Assembly: GCA_964471255.1 (NCBI GenBank)
Contig: CAYYFB010000001.1
Location: forward strand, 37,923-101,922
Direction: 5' to 3'
DNA length: 64,000 bases
Source: Candidatus Woesearchaeota archaeon
GTDB lineage: Archaea > Nanobdellota > Nanobdellia > CAYMVK01 > CAYYFB01
Below are positions 27,631-36,993 of the stretch, in pieces. The notes under the pieces are model-generated. The model was given only the letters and a program-made list of their open reading frames with translations. It made no database searches and was not told the origin of the DNA. Within the stretch, counting starts at the first letter, position 1; the number at the start of each line of letters is the position of its first letter. Made by a program: the position numbers and the translations under genes.

Positions 27631-28974
27631 ATGGAAAGTAATGATATACTTTTCAAATTTCTTTATCCTAAAAGAATAGCTGTTATTGGGGCCTCCAGGA
27701 ATCCTAATAAGGTAGGAAGAATAGTATTTGAGAACCTGCTCCAGAGTGGGAAAGAAGTAATACCAATAAATCCAAATGCAGAAGAAATAACTGGAATAAA
27801 ATGTTATCCAAGTGTTTTGGATTATCCAAAAGAAATAGACTTAGCAGTAATTTGTGTTAGGAATTTTATAGTTCCTAAAGTTTTGGAAGAATGTGGAAAG
27901 AAAGGGATAAAGGCCGTTATTATTATATCCGCTGGATTTTCTGAAGCAGGAAATCAAGAGCTTGAAAAGGAGCTAATTGAAATAGCCAATAAGTATGGAA
28001 TAAAATTTTTAGGTCCGAACTGCTTTGGAATTGTATTTCCAAAAGAAAAACTTAACACAACTTTTATGAAATTAAAAATTAAGGAAGGAAAGGCCGCATT
28101 TATTTCCCAAAGCGGAGCATTGGGTGCTGGGCTGCTCCAGAAATTTGAAAGGGAGGGAATTGGAATTTATGCATTTATCTCAGTTGGAAATCAAGCAGTC
28201 TTAACTCTTGAAGATTGGATAAGATTTTTTGACAAGACTGATTGTTCTGGAGTGGCAGTTTACATGGAAAGCACAAAAAATGGGAGAGTTTTCTTAGATA
28301 CTTTAAAACAAAGTAAAAAGAAGATATTTATTCTTAAGGCTGGTAGGACAGAAAAAGGAAGTAAGGCAGCTTTAACTCATACTGGAGCAATAACAACCCA
28401 GGATATTCTCTATACTGCAGCAATAAAACAAGCAAAAAAAGTAAGAGTGGATTCTCTGGAGGAGCTAGTAAATCTAATCTATTTTCTATCTTTTTACGAG
28501 GAAATTTCTGGTAAAAGAGTGGTAGTTGTGACCAATTCTGGAGGGCCTGCAGTAATACTTACAGATGAGCTTGAAAGTGCTGGACTAGAATTAATAGATC
28601 TTCCAAAACCTCTTTTAGATTCTTTAAATAAGATTTTACCGCCCAGATGGAGTCATTCAAACCCTATTGATTTGACTGGTGACGCCACTCCAGAAAGATT
28701 TAAGCGTGTGTTTGAGCTGCTCCAGCAGCATGCCAATTTATTTAATATTTTAATATGTATACTGACGCCACTCCAGATGACTCAGCCAATGGAGGTTGCA
28801 AAGTTGTTAGGAGAGTTTAAGGAAAAAACTGGAAAAATGGTAATAGCTAACTTTATTGGAGTAAAAAAAGAAGTAATAGACCTCCTAGAAAGGAAAAACA
28901 TACCCAATTTTGAATTACCAGAGCTAATATCAAAAACTCTAAAATATCTGGCTCAATATACTAAATATGAGTAA
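27631..28974 (+). CDS. ADP-forming acetyl-CoA synthetase, alpha (CoA-binding/ligase-CoA) subunit
   Basis: FLYPKRIAVIGASRNPNKVGRIVFENL...GPNCFGI...ISQSGALG... Confidence 0.8.
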   Translation: MESNDILFKFLYPKRIAVIGASRNPNKVGRIVFENLLQSGKEVIPINPNAEEITGIKCYPSVLDYPKEIDLAVICVRNFIVPKVLEECGKKGIKAVIIISAGFSEAGNQELEKELIEIANKYGIKFLGPNCFGIVFPKEKLNTTFMKLKIKEGKAAFISQSGALGAGLLQKFEREGIGIYAFISVGNQAVLTLEDWIRFFDKTDCSGVAVYMESTKNGRVFLDTLKQSKKKIFILKAGRTEKGSKAALTHTGAITTQDILYTAAIKQAKKVRVDSLEELVNLIYFLSFYEEISGKRVVVVTNSGGPAVILTDELESAGLELIDLPKPLLDSLNKILPPRWSHSNPIDLTGDATPERFKRVFELLQQHANLFNILICILTPLQMTQPMEVAKLLGEFKEKTGKMVIANFIGVKKEVIDLLERKNIPNFELPELISKTLKYLAQYTKYE

Positions 28975-29155
28975 GAAGCGTGGCAGGGAAACAAGAGTAA
29001 AATGCGGCCTTTGTGGCCGATTAGTTCCAAGATCTAAATGTAAGATTGTATATAGGAGGAAAAGAAAGGAGTACATATGCCCAAAATGTGCTAGGTTCCT
29101 TTCTTTAAGAGTGAGAAGAAGAAGGGTCTTTAGACCATCTATTAGGCCACCCTAA
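28967..29155 (+). CDS. small basic zinc-ribbon protein, possibly a shortened ribosomal protein eS26
   Basis: MSKKRGRETRVKCGLCGRLVPRSKC...YICPKCARF...RRRR follows the KKR..GR..V.C..CGR.VP..K ... C..CA pattern of eS26, but it is only 62 aa. Confidence 0.4.
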   Translation: MSKKRGRETRVKCGLCGRLVPRSKCKIVYRRKRKEYICPKCARFLSLRVRRRRVFRPSIRPP

Positions 29156-29433
29156 TCCTGTTCTATTTTGAAATATTTCCTAGTCTTTCTTGGAGTTATT
29201 AATCCTAGAATTGCTAGACAGTCAAGAAATCCCCAGATATAGCTACAAAGTTCAAAACTTTCCAAATATTTTCCTTTTTCATAGAAAAATTTTGAATCTT
29301 CAAAATATGCTTTAACAAAAGCTAGAATATTTTTTGAACTTTTGTAGAGCTCTGATTTATCCCTTACTGGTATTATTATATCCGAAAAAACTTCCTCCAG
29401 CTTTTTAAGCTCTTTTTCACATATCTCCTTCAT
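29152..29433 (-). CDS. DUF357-family protein
   Basis: KAYFEDSKFFYEKGKYLESFELCSYIWGFLD matches the DUF357 (COG1849) helical signature as I remember it. Confidence 0.5.
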   Translation of the reverse strand: MKEICEKELKKLEEVFSDIIIPVRDKSELYKSSKNILAFVKAYFEDSKFFYEKGKYLESFELCSYIWGFLDCLAILGLITPRKTRKYFKIEQD

Positions 29434-30162
29434 ATGGAAAATATAGTAAGGGCTCTAAGTTCATTAATCCAGGAACCAAAAGGAAAAGTACGTACGCTTT
29501 TAAAAAGAAAAATTAGAGAATTTGAGGGGTGGATAAATTCACTTGCAGCAGCATATTTAATTCTTCAGGAAAAGGGAATTCCACCCCAGGAACTAAAGAA
29601 ATATCTTAGCTTAAGGGGTCCATTGGAAGGAGAAATTATTAGGAAGTTCCACCAGAGAAAAAAATTACCATTTGTATTTGTCCTTAACTGGAGGGGTATT
29701 AATTTAAAATGTGTAGTATGGTCTGAAAGCCTCTCCAGAAAAGTAAAGGAGATCCCTGAAGGAAGTATAATAAGAGTATTAAATTTTAGAGAGAGGCTTG
29801 AAAAGGATGAGATACATCTAGACTCTAATTCAAAAATATTGCTTATTAAGAAAAAGAAGGCCTATGAAAGAACATTTATTACTGAGCTTAGGAATGGAAA
29901 GAAAGGATATTTGATCGGTATCATAAGAGAAAAAATAAAGGAAAGAGATAGCAGAATTGGAAAATTATACATATATCTCTTTGATGATGGAACAGGTGTT
30001 TGTAAAATAATTTCAAAAGAAGAATTGCCTTTATGGAAAGATCTAAAGATTTTTGGAAAGGCTTTGTTTAATAAAAGAAGAAAGAAAATTGAATTTTGGG
30101 TGGATAAGGCAGAAATGTTTGATCCAAAAGCCGAATTGCTTTTAGAGGTTGGAATGAAATGA
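29434..30162 (+). CDS. hypothetical protein, possible OB-fold nucleic-acid-binding protein
   Basis: 242 aa. Two beta-rich segments (FVFVLNWRGINLKCVVWSE...; LYIYLFDDGTGVCKIISKE) resemble OB folds. The function call is weak. Confidence 0.35.
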   Translation: MENIVRALSSLIQEPKGKVRTLLKRKIREFEGWINSLAAAYLILQEKGIPPQELKKYLSLRGPLEGEIIRKFHQRKKLPFVFVLNWRGINLKCVVWSESLSRKVKEIPEGSIIRVLNFRERLEKDEIHLDSNSKILLIKKKKAYERTFITELRNGKKGYLIGIIREKIKERDSRIGKLYIYLFDDGTGVCKIISKEELPLWKDLKIFGKALFNKRRKKIEFWVDKAEMFDPKAELLLEVGMK

Positions 30163-30671
30163 AAATAGCAATAATAGGAGACATACATTTCCCGGATAGA
30201 GCTGATGACTTACCTACGGATTTTTTAACCAGAATAAAAGAAGAAAAGCCAGATCTTCTAATTTACACAGGAGATCTTACTTCTGAGAAAACTTTGGAAG
30301 TATTAAAGTCGTTAGAGATTCCTTTAGTAATTGTTGAAGGGAATGTTGACTATCTTAGCTTTCCAAAAAAAGAAATTATAGAAAGAGATTGGGCAAAAAT
30401 ACTAGTTTTTCATAGTACTGAAGTTTATCCTAGAGGAGATTTGGAAAAAATTTATAAAATTGCAAAAAAAGAAAACTGCAACGTAGTTATATTTGGCCAT
30501 ACCCATTTACCTCTTTTTACTTTCTGGAAGGATATTTTCTTTATAAATCCTGGATCAGCTACTGGAGCCTACTCTGGGGAGGGAGTACTCCCTCCAAGAT
30601 CCTTCTGTATTTTGGAGATAAATAAAAATGGCCTGAAAATATCTTTCGAGGTGATTAGGAAATGGAAATAA
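30159..30671 (+). CDS. MJ0936/Vps29-type metallophosphoesterase (second paralogue)
   Basis: MKIAIIGDIHFPDRA...YTGDLTS...VEGNVDY...FGHTHLP...NPGS. Confidence 0.8.
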   Translation: MKIAIIGDIHFPDRADDLPTDFLTRIKEEKPDLLIYTGDLTSEKTLEVLKSLEIPLVIVEGNVDYLSFPKKEIIERDWAKILVFHSTEVYPRGDLEKIYKIAKKENCNVVIFGHTHLPLFTFWKDIFFINPGSATGAYSGEGVLPPRSFCILEINKNGLKISFEVIRKWK

Positions 30672-30877
30672 TAGAACTGAGGGAAAGGAAGGTTTTAAAA
30701 GTAAAATTAGATGGAAGAAAGAAAATTGGGGAGGTATTAAAGGAAATTGGGATTTTACCATCCCTTTATGTAATACTCAGGAATGGGAAAATAATAACTG
30801 AAGAGGATGTTGTCGAAGAAGAAGATAAGATAGAACTTTTCCCCGTTACGAAGTTTAGGCTTAGATATTTCCTATGA
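30662..30877 (+). CDS. ThiS/MoaD-like beta-grasp protein lacking a C-terminal Gly-Gly
   Basis: 71 aa: ...KIGEVLKEIGILPSLYVILRNGKIITEEDVVEEEDKIELFPV follows the ThiS pattern but ends TKFRLRYFL. It overlaps both neighbouring genes. Confidence 0.5.
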   Translation: MEIIELRERKVLKVKLDGRKKIGEVLKEIGILPSLYVILRNGKIITEEDVVEEEDKIELFPVTKFRLRYFL

Positions 30878-31785
30878 AATGTTCTTTTTGCTCCAAAAAA
30901 GCTATTTACTATGCAAAGTATAATCAGAATTTTTACTGTAAAAGACACTTTGAGGATTTTATAAAAGAAAAAGTCCTAAAAACAATTCAAAGGTTTAAAT
31001 TGGCTAGAAAAGGTGAAAAAATAGGGATTAGCCTTTCTGGAGGGAAAGACTCAACAACCTGCTTGCTAATTCTTAAAGAAATCGGGAGATATAAAATAAA
31101 AGGGTTGAATCTTGAAGAAGGAATAGGAAAATATGAAGAATATTTAAAGAAGTTTATTAAGGAAATAGAAAGAAGGGAAGGAATCGATGTTGCTAGGATT
31201 TCATTCAGAGAGTTCTTTGGTAAAACTTTGGATGAAATGGTAGCCATAGCTAAAAAGAAAAAATTGCCTTATAGTGCGTGTTCTATTTGTGGGGTTCTTA
31301 GAAGGTATTTAATTAATTTTTTAGCAAAAAAAGAGAGGGTAAATAAAATCGCTACCGGACATACTTTGAATGATGAGGTTCAAACCTTCTTTATGGACCT
31401 TTCCTCAAATAATATAAAACCTCTAACCAGATTAGGTCCAAGGACTGGGGTTTGGAGGATACGGGGTTTTGTTCAAAGAATAAAGCCATTATTTTTTGTC
31501 TATGAGAAAGAAAGCACAACCTATATCCTAAGCAAGGGATACAGGCCTCCATTAAACCTTTGTCCCTATGCTCCGCTCGGATATAGATGGAAAATAAGAT
31601 TAGCACTTTACAAATATGAAGAAAAGAATCCTGGTTTCCATTTGAAAATTGGAGAATTTATTGCTAGGTTTCAAAGAAAATTCAGGAAAAAACCAAAAAT
31701 TAGGAAATGTGAAATATGTGGACAACCCACTAACAGAGAAATATGCAAGGCATGTGAAATATTAGCAAGATTAGGTATCTATTAG
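30874..31785 (+). CDS. TtuA/Ncs6-type PP-loop tRNA 2-thiolation ATPase with Zn fingers and Fe-S Cys ligands
   Basis: CSFC..., SLSGGKDS (PP-loop), CSICGVLRR, TGHTLNDE, LCPY, C-terminal CEICGQPTNREICKAC. Confidence 0.8.
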   Translation: MKCSFCSKKAIYYAKYNQNFYCKRHFEDFIKEKVLKTIQRFKLARKGEKIGISLSGGKDSTTCLLILKEIGRYKIKGLNLEEGIGKYEEYLKKFIKEIERREGIDVARISFREFFGKTLDEMVAIAKKKKLPYSACSICGVLRRYLINFLAKKERVNKIATGHTLNDEVQTFFMDLSSNNIKPLTRLGPRTGVWRIRGFVQRIKPLFFVYEKESTTYILSKGYRPPLNLCPYAPLGYRWKIRLALYKYEEKNPGFHLKIGEFIARFQRKFRKKPKIRKCEICGQPTNREICKACEILARLGIY

Positions 31786-31940
31786 GATTTCTTTCTTTTG
31801 CTCTCAATTTTCTTTTTAATCAAATCTATTTCTTTCCATATTGCCTTTATTTCATTTCCTATTCTATCTACCTCATCTTCTAGTATTTTTAACATCCTAA
31901 GAACCTCTTTCAGTACTTCTTTCTTTATTTTCTCTCCCAT
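31782..31940 (-). CDS. possible 52-aa coiled-coil protein at the end of the pilin-like operon; not in the ORF track
   Basis: MGEKIKKEVLKEVLRMLKILEDEVDRIGNEIKAIWKEIDLIKKKIESKRKKS. It overlaps the upstream ORF by 16 nt. Confidence 0.3.
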   Translation of the reverse strand: MGEKIKKEVLKEVLRMLKILEDEVDRIGNEIKAIWKEIDLIKKKIESKRKKS

Positions 31941-32353
31941 GCTCTCCAGTAGCTCAAGCAGGCTTTCAAGTTTTCCGAGCGGTTAATCCACTCACAAAGA
32001 GTTGTTGCCTCCCTTACTTCAATTTTTTCCTCAACTCTATCTTTAAAATCATAATAACAGCAAATTTGGGGCCCTCTTATCAAACAAAGCATAGTTTCTA
32101 TTGGATCTTTTTTATAAAGCAAATAAACTTTTGAAGTGTTAGTACTGGAGATATTAGAAGGGCAATTTTCCGAAATATTCTCAAGCTCATCTTTTTGGGT
32201 TTCTGCTAAGATTTTCAGGAATCTAGAATAGTAGGTATATAAGTAATAATTCACTATTTGCTCATAGGCCCCTCCAGAGATAGGTAGGAAGTAAATAATT
32301 ATGAGCAGAATTATCCAAAAAAGAAGGATATAAATTACCTCCAAATCTAACAC
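31925..32353 (-). CDS. pilin-like / pilus accessory protein (N-terminal hydrophobic helix)
   Basis: MLDLEVIYILLFWIILLIIIYFLP...; overlapping series of small genes downstream of the major pilin candidate. Confidence 0.5.
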   Translation of the reverse strand: MLDLEVIYILLFWIILLIIIYFLPISGGAYEQIVNYYLYTYYSRFLKILAETQKDELENISENCPSNISSTNTSKVYLLYKKDPIETMLCLIRGPQICCYYDFKDRVEEKIEVREATTLCEWINRSENLKACLSYWRAWERK

Positions 32354-32664
32354 CTATAAAGCATACCATAATTGCTATTATTAATAAGTACTGGCAAGCC
32401 TATGCAGTATTGGGATTTATTTTCAGGTAACCTTTCTCCCTTGGTTAAATCTAATAGAATAAATGGCTTATTAACTGAAGAGTTTATTCTTAAAACATTC
32501 CCAGTATCTTTATAGCACTCAAGTTCTATGCTAGTGATGTTCCATCTAAATTCAACCATTTCAGCTATTTCTAAGAAGTAGTGGCTCAATTTTAGTTCTA
32601 GAATAAAAATTGTTAGAAAAACGAGGAAAAATAAAAATACCAGTTCAATGTACCTCTCTAACAT
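32347..32664 (-). CDS. pilin-like / pilus accessory protein
   Basis: MLERYIELVFLFFLVFLTIFILEL... N-terminal helix followed by a beta-rich part. It overlaps both neighbours. Confidence 0.5.
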   Translation of the reverse strand: MLERYIELVFLFFLVFLTIFILELKLSHYFLEIAEMVEFRWNITSIELECYKDTGNVLRINSSVNKPFILLDLTKGERLPENKSQYCIGLPVLINNSNYGMLYRC

Positions 32665-32974
32665 CTAAACATGCACCATTTCTGGATATAGCAACCTTGT
32701 CCCCGTTGTTAAGCTGAAAGGAAGAGCAGAGAGCAGGAACCTTGCACTCTAATGTATCAAAAGAAATTTTATTGGCCTCTCCAGCAATTGGAATTCCAAC
32801 CTCCTTTGTTACATTTCCTTCCTTTATGTACACATCCCAAAGTAAGGTGCAAAATAAGGAAAACTCCAAATTATTTTTTGCCCGCTCCAGTGCCCTTAAC
32901 AAATTATAAGAATATAAAATAAGGTAAATCAGAATAACAAAATAAAGAGTATCTACTAGATATCTGAATAGCAT
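32645..32974 (-). CDS. pilin-like / pilus accessory protein
   Basis: MLFRYLVDTLYFVILIYLILYSY... N-terminal helix. Confidence 0.5.
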   Translation of the reverse strand: MLFRYLVDTLYFVILIYLILYSYNLLRALERAKNNLEFSLFCTLLWDVYIKEGNVTKEVGIPIAGEANKISFDTLECKVPALCSSFQLNNGDKVAISRNGACLDVREVH

Positions 32975-32976
32975 AT

Positions 32977-33387
32977 TCAGGAATAATAAACAATATTTGT
33001 TTTATTCTCTTCTGGAGCGGCATAGGCAAATGTAATGAGATAAGAATTCCCTTCAGAAAAATTTCCATTTACCCTTATTAAGGTTATGTTTATCTCTGAG
33101 AGGTTAATTATGGCCAATTTCCCATCACATCCAAATTTTATGGTATTATTATCAGTATTAAATTTTAACTCACACTTCTTTGGGATCTTTACTCTTTCTT
33201 GAAAAAAAGATGGTTTATCAGATATTTGCTTTGTTTGTGACATTTTAATGCATATCTTTTCTACTGATTTATAGAAGTCAATTATTTCTTTATCTCTTAG
33301 AAAAGAAGATATTAAAAATATTGAAAGAAAAGAGATTAGACCCATAGATAACGTAAGGATAAGGTATCTTGCTACCTCTTCTTCCAT
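32977..33387 (-). CDS. pilin-like / pilus accessory protein
   Basis: MEEEVARYLILTLSMGLISFLSIFLISSFL... N-terminal helix. Confidence 0.5.
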   Translation of the reverse strand: MEEEVARYLILTLSMGLISFLSIFLISSFLRDKEIIDFYKSVEKICIKMSQTKQISDKPSFFQERVKIPKKCELKFNTDNNTIKFGCDGKLAIINLSEINITLIRVNGNFSEGNSYLITFAYAAPEENKTNIVYYS

Positions 33388-33394
33388 GCAAGAA

Positions 33395-33583
33395 TTATAT
33401 AGTTTCGTTAATTCTTTGCGCTATTTTTTGAGATGCATTAGTTACTGCTCCAGAAATATTTCCAACCGAATAGCCTACCTGGGTCCTTACAGTAGTAAAG
33501 TAGTAAAGCAACAATGAGATTGCAAGAACCGCCGCTAGGGCTATTATTATATATTTAAGAGGCAAGGCCTCTACCCCTCTCAT
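33395..33583 (-). CDS. candidate major type IV pilin (class III signal peptide-like)
   Basis: 62 aa: MRG/VEALPLKYIIIALAAVLAISLLLYYF..., with a short charged leader ending in RG followed by a long hydrophobic helix. It lies directly downstream of the TadC/FlaJ-like gene. Confidence 0.55.
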   Translation of the reverse strand: MRGVEALPLKYIIIALAAVLAISLLLYYFTTVRTQVGYSVGNISGAVTNASQKIAQRINETI

Positions 33584-35241
33584 CCCACACCCCTTAATGC
33601 TATGGTTATAATTGTAAAAAGAAGTGATGTAATTAAAACCCCTTTGCCCACTTCAATCTTACTTGAAGGAACTTCTCCCTTTTCTAAATAAGTGGCTAAA
33701 TCTAGCATAAGATATGATATAAAAATAATATAAAAGTGCAACAGTAAAGAAAGTAAGTACATTTCTTTCTTTTCCATTGCTGTGCCTATAGATGGGAAGA
33801 ATATTGGAAGTTGGACTTCCCTTATCATTGAATAGCTCTTATGATAAACCGAGAAAATCATGAAACTAATCTTTATAACTAGGGCTCCTAGGAAAGGTAA
33901 AATAAAAATTGCAGTAAATTTAAGACTATTTGCTATTGAATAGACCTTCTTAATTATTTCCTCCTTTACTTCACCAATTGTCCTTAAAATCTCTCTAAAA
34001 GTTCGGCAGAATGAAGTTATTACTTCTTTTCCTTTTTCCCTAAAGTCAAGGATCCTTTTTAAGGCTATAGAGAAGTTTTTTGATTCTATTTTTTCTGTAT
34101 TTAAATTTTCTTCTTCCAAAACCTTTCTTAATGCCAACTCTGGGCTCATACCCATCTTTAAGTAACTTTCCATTCCCTGCAAGAAGGTAATAAGCTTCTC
34201 GTTCTCTTCTTTTACTTTCTTTTCTACTCTCAAAGCTGGCCGGTATTTAGAGTTAAGATAGAGAAAAATAAGGATAGAGAATGAAATGGGAATAAAATCC
34301 AAACCTATCAAATCTAAGATTTTAATCTTAACAAATATCCCAAAATAAGAAAAGGAAAATAATATACTCGGAAATGAGATGGCAATAGGAATCACAAGCA
34401 ATGTTTTATTGAATTTCCCCCTTTTTTCAATTTTCTCAGTTATTTGTCTTGCCTCATGCTTAAGATTGCTTGAGAGGACTAAGGACAAAAATCCTACAAC
34501 TATAAAAAAGATAAGCAAAATAAGATATTTCGTAGCCCCTTTTACTATTAGAAAAATTACTGGATAGGAAGAGATTAAGATCAAAGGTACAACGCATGAG
34601 CATAAGAAGAGAAGAACGATTTGAAAGTAAAGTTTTCCAATTCCTTTTATTTTTTCCTTTCTAACCCTTTCCATAAAAATTCTAAATCCTTCTTTAATTA
34701 CTTCCGATTTTCTCCTTCTTCCAGCTTTAAAACTTAGATTTATAAAATCAAAATAGGGAGCAAGATCAGGATCATCTATTAGTATCCTCTCCCTCCCTTC
34801 CTCCTTTCTTTTTGAAATCTCTTTATGAAGCTTAGCTATTATTGAATTTTCTGAAAAAAATTTTCTACAATCCTCAAAACTTTTTTCAAAATTATGGGTA
34901 GTAGAATAGCTTGCTGAGAGGGCTGAAAGAAAATAGGGAAGCTCTTCAAATTCTTCAGCCATTTTTCGATGATAAAGTATCTTTGGATATTCGGAAAGGA
35001 AGAAAGGATAAACATAAAGGATCAATAGAATTGGGATTGATACTAGTTTAAGAAATATTATAAGGAAGGGTGTTAAGATCAATGCAATAAGAATGGAAGA
35101 GAAGTATTTTGATAGGACTTCTTCACAATTTAATTGATAAAATTTACATGCCAATCTAAGTTCCTTAGATCCTCTTTTTATCTTAAAGATTTTTGGCGTT
35201 ATTCTTAGAAAGAACTTATAGATTTTAAGGCTCAATCTCAA
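33580..35241 (-). CDS. TadC/FlaJ/PilC-like polytopic membrane platform protein
   Basis: 553 aa with two cytoplasmic helical modules alternating with TM bundles. It sits next to the pilins and is encoded divergently from the secretion ATPase. Confidence 0.65.
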   Translation of the reverse strand: MRLSLKIYKFFLRITPKIFKIKRGSKELRLACKFYQLNCEEVLSKYFSSILIALILTPFLIIFLKLVSIPILLILYVYPFFLSEYPKILYHRKMAEEFEELPYFLSALSASYSTTHNFEKSFEDCRKFFSENSIIAKLHKEISKRKEEGRERILIDDPDLAPYFDFINLSFKAGRRRKSEVIKEGFRIFMERVRKEKIKGIGKLYFQIVLLFLCSCVVPLILISSYPVIFLIVKGATKYLILLIFFIVVGFLSLVLSSNLKHEARQITEKIEKRGKFNKTLLVIPIAISFPSILFSFSYFGIFVKIKILDLIGLDFIPISFSILIFLYLNSKYRPALRVEKKVKEENEKLITFLQGMESYLKMGMSPELALRKVLEEENLNTEKIESKNFSIALKRILDFREKGKEVITSFCRTFREILRTIGEVKEEIIKKVYSIANSLKFTAIFILPFLGALVIKISFMIFSVYHKSYSMIREVQLPIFFPSIGTAMEKKEMYLLSLLLHFYIIFISYLMLDLATYLEKGEVPSSKIEVGKGVLITSLLFTIITIALRGVG

Positions 35242-36523
35242 TCACTCTTCCATTAGCCAATGCAAAGCAATTTTTTCCAATTTCATATCCTTCTTCCAAA
35301 GCCAATTCTAGCGCGTGGGCTTGTTTTTCTATCCCTGCGTGAGTCGGAATGAAATATTCTGGATTAGTGATCCTGATTAAATCCCTTAGATCTTCCTTAG
35401 CGGCATGGCCTGAAACATGAATGTCTTTCAATATTCTTGCTCCTTTTTCTTTTAATTTAGATTCTAATAAATACCTATTAGCTGCATTTATCGGTGAGGG
35501 AATTATTCTATTGCAGAAGATCACATGATCCTCTTTGGAAAAGTTAAAATGAAAGGTTCCTTCAGCAATTCTTCTTAAGATAGATCCTTTTTCTCCCTGA
35601 CCACCAGTACAAATAATCGTATAATATTCCCTATTTTTCCCGACCTCATCCAGAACCTTTTTTATGCTTTTTTCCTTTCTATACATCCTTATTCCTTTTA
35701 GATTAACAAAATTCAACTCTTCAGCAGCCCTCATATACTTCAAGAGACTCCTTCCTAGCAGAATGGGTTCTCTTCCAAATTGGAATGATAGATCTATCAT
35801 CCATTTAATTCTTGCTATGTGGGATGAGAAAGTTGTAAGAAATACCGCTCCAGCATCGATTCTGGAGAAAACGTCCTCAAGCATTTTGTAGGCTATTATC
35901 TCAGAAGGAGTTCTCCTTTCTTCATCACATCTTAAACAATCTGAAATAAGGACCTTTACTTCATATTCTTTTAGTTCTTTATAAGAAATTCTTTTCCCTA
36001 ACATAGGATAAGGATCAAATTTCCAATCATTTGCATAAAGAACATTTCCTTCCGGTGTTTGAAGAAAGATCATTACTGTTTGGGGAATTGAATGGGCCGC
36101 TTGAATAAAATTCACCTCAATATTTTCTGATATCTTATAAGAACTTCCCGGATTTATTCTAATAATTGGATTATTTATCTGTTGGAGGTACTCGTCTTTC
36201 TTCATTAGAGAATAAACAAAAGGGGTTGTAATGATTGGGCAATTATAATGCCTAGCTATCCAATAAACGGCGAAATAATGGTCCATATGGCCGTGAGACA
36301 AAATTATTGCCTTAACCTCCTTATCTCTTAAGATACTATCGTCGGGTATTACACCCAAGTGGATCAATTCCTCATCCTTAGCAAAAGATCTTTCTTCTTC
36401 AGTCATTTCACTCCATCTTTCTACTTCAATCCCACAATCCAAAATTATTACTTCGTTTTCTACTTCTACTGCTGTCATGTTTCCTTCTACTCTAGAGTAA
36501 CCTCCAATAGCGTAGATTTTCAT
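35225..36523 (-). CDS. rnj: beta-CASP metallo-beta-lactamase ribonuclease, archaeal RNase J-like
   Basis: MKIYAIGGYSRVEGNMTAVEVENEVIILDCGI..., ILSHGHMDH, ...HVSGHAAKEDL (beta-CASP motif C). Confidence 0.75.
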   Translation of the reverse strand: MKIYAIGGYSRVEGNMTAVEVENEVIILDCGIEVERWSEMTEEERSFAKDEELIHLGVIPDDSILRDKEVKAIILSHGHMDHYFAVYWIARHYNCPIITTPFVYSLMKKDEYLQQINNPIIRINPGSSYKISENIEVNFIQAAHSIPQTVMIFLQTPEGNVLYANDWKFDPYPMLGKRISYKELKEYEVKVLISDCLRCDEERRTPSEIIAYKMLEDVFSRIDAGAVFLTTFSSHIARIKWMIDLSFQFGREPILLGRSLLKYMRAAEELNFVNLKGIRMYRKEKSIKKVLDEVGKNREYYTIICTGGQGEKGSILRRIAEGTFHFNFSKEDHVIFCNRIIPSPINAANRYLLESKLKEKGARILKDIHVSGHAAKEDLRDLIRITNPEYFIPTHAGIEKQAHALELALEEGYEIGKNCFALANGRVIEIEP

Positions 36524-36987
36524 CCTATCACCCTTAGGACCTTTTCAGCTATCTTTTTATCTAGCCCAATCATCCTAATAGCTCTTATTATTTTTCTATT
36601 TTCCCATCCTTCTTTCTTTAAATAGGTGATCAAAGCTATTGTAATTTGCTTTATACTCCTTTCTCTTCTTTTTTTCACCTTTTGTTTAACTTTCTCATAG
36701 GAGTAAGAAAAAGAAAAAGTTAAAAATCTAGAAAAGATAGTAGAAAAAAAGCTTAGCACAAATAAGTAAAAATATAGATACCTATCCGCTCCGGGCAGAT
36801 AGTAAGTCTTTTGAACAATCAAAGAAAAAATTACTACTAAAAGAATCAATGATATAACGTTTTGATATAGATTTGCTTTTGGTCTAAATAAGAATTCGGC
36901 GATTAATATCCCAGCTATGATTGTTAAGCTCTCAATTACCATTTTATAGGTAGGAAATACTGGGAAATAGTTCTTTCCGTTTTCCAA
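36520..36987 (-). CDS. hypothetical membrane protein
   Basis: 155 aa with 3-4 TM helices and a basic C-terminus. It is the first gene of the minus-strand operon. Confidence 0.55.
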   Translation of the reverse strand: MENGKNYFPVFPTYKMVIESLTIIAGILIAEFLFRPKANLYQNVISLILLVVIFSLIVQKTYYLPGADRYLYFYLFVLSFFSTIFSRFLTFSFSYSYEKVKQKVKKRRERSIKQITIALITYLKKEGWENRKIIRAIRMIGLDKKIAEKVLRVIG

Positions 36988-36993
36988 GCCTCA

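Noticed and set aside
31798-31986. Plus-strand 62-aa ORF after the TtuA-like gene.
   Set aside because: It is a Ser/Phe-rich shadow. The opposite strand encodes the tail of the pilin-like gene and a plausible coiled-coil micro-ORF.
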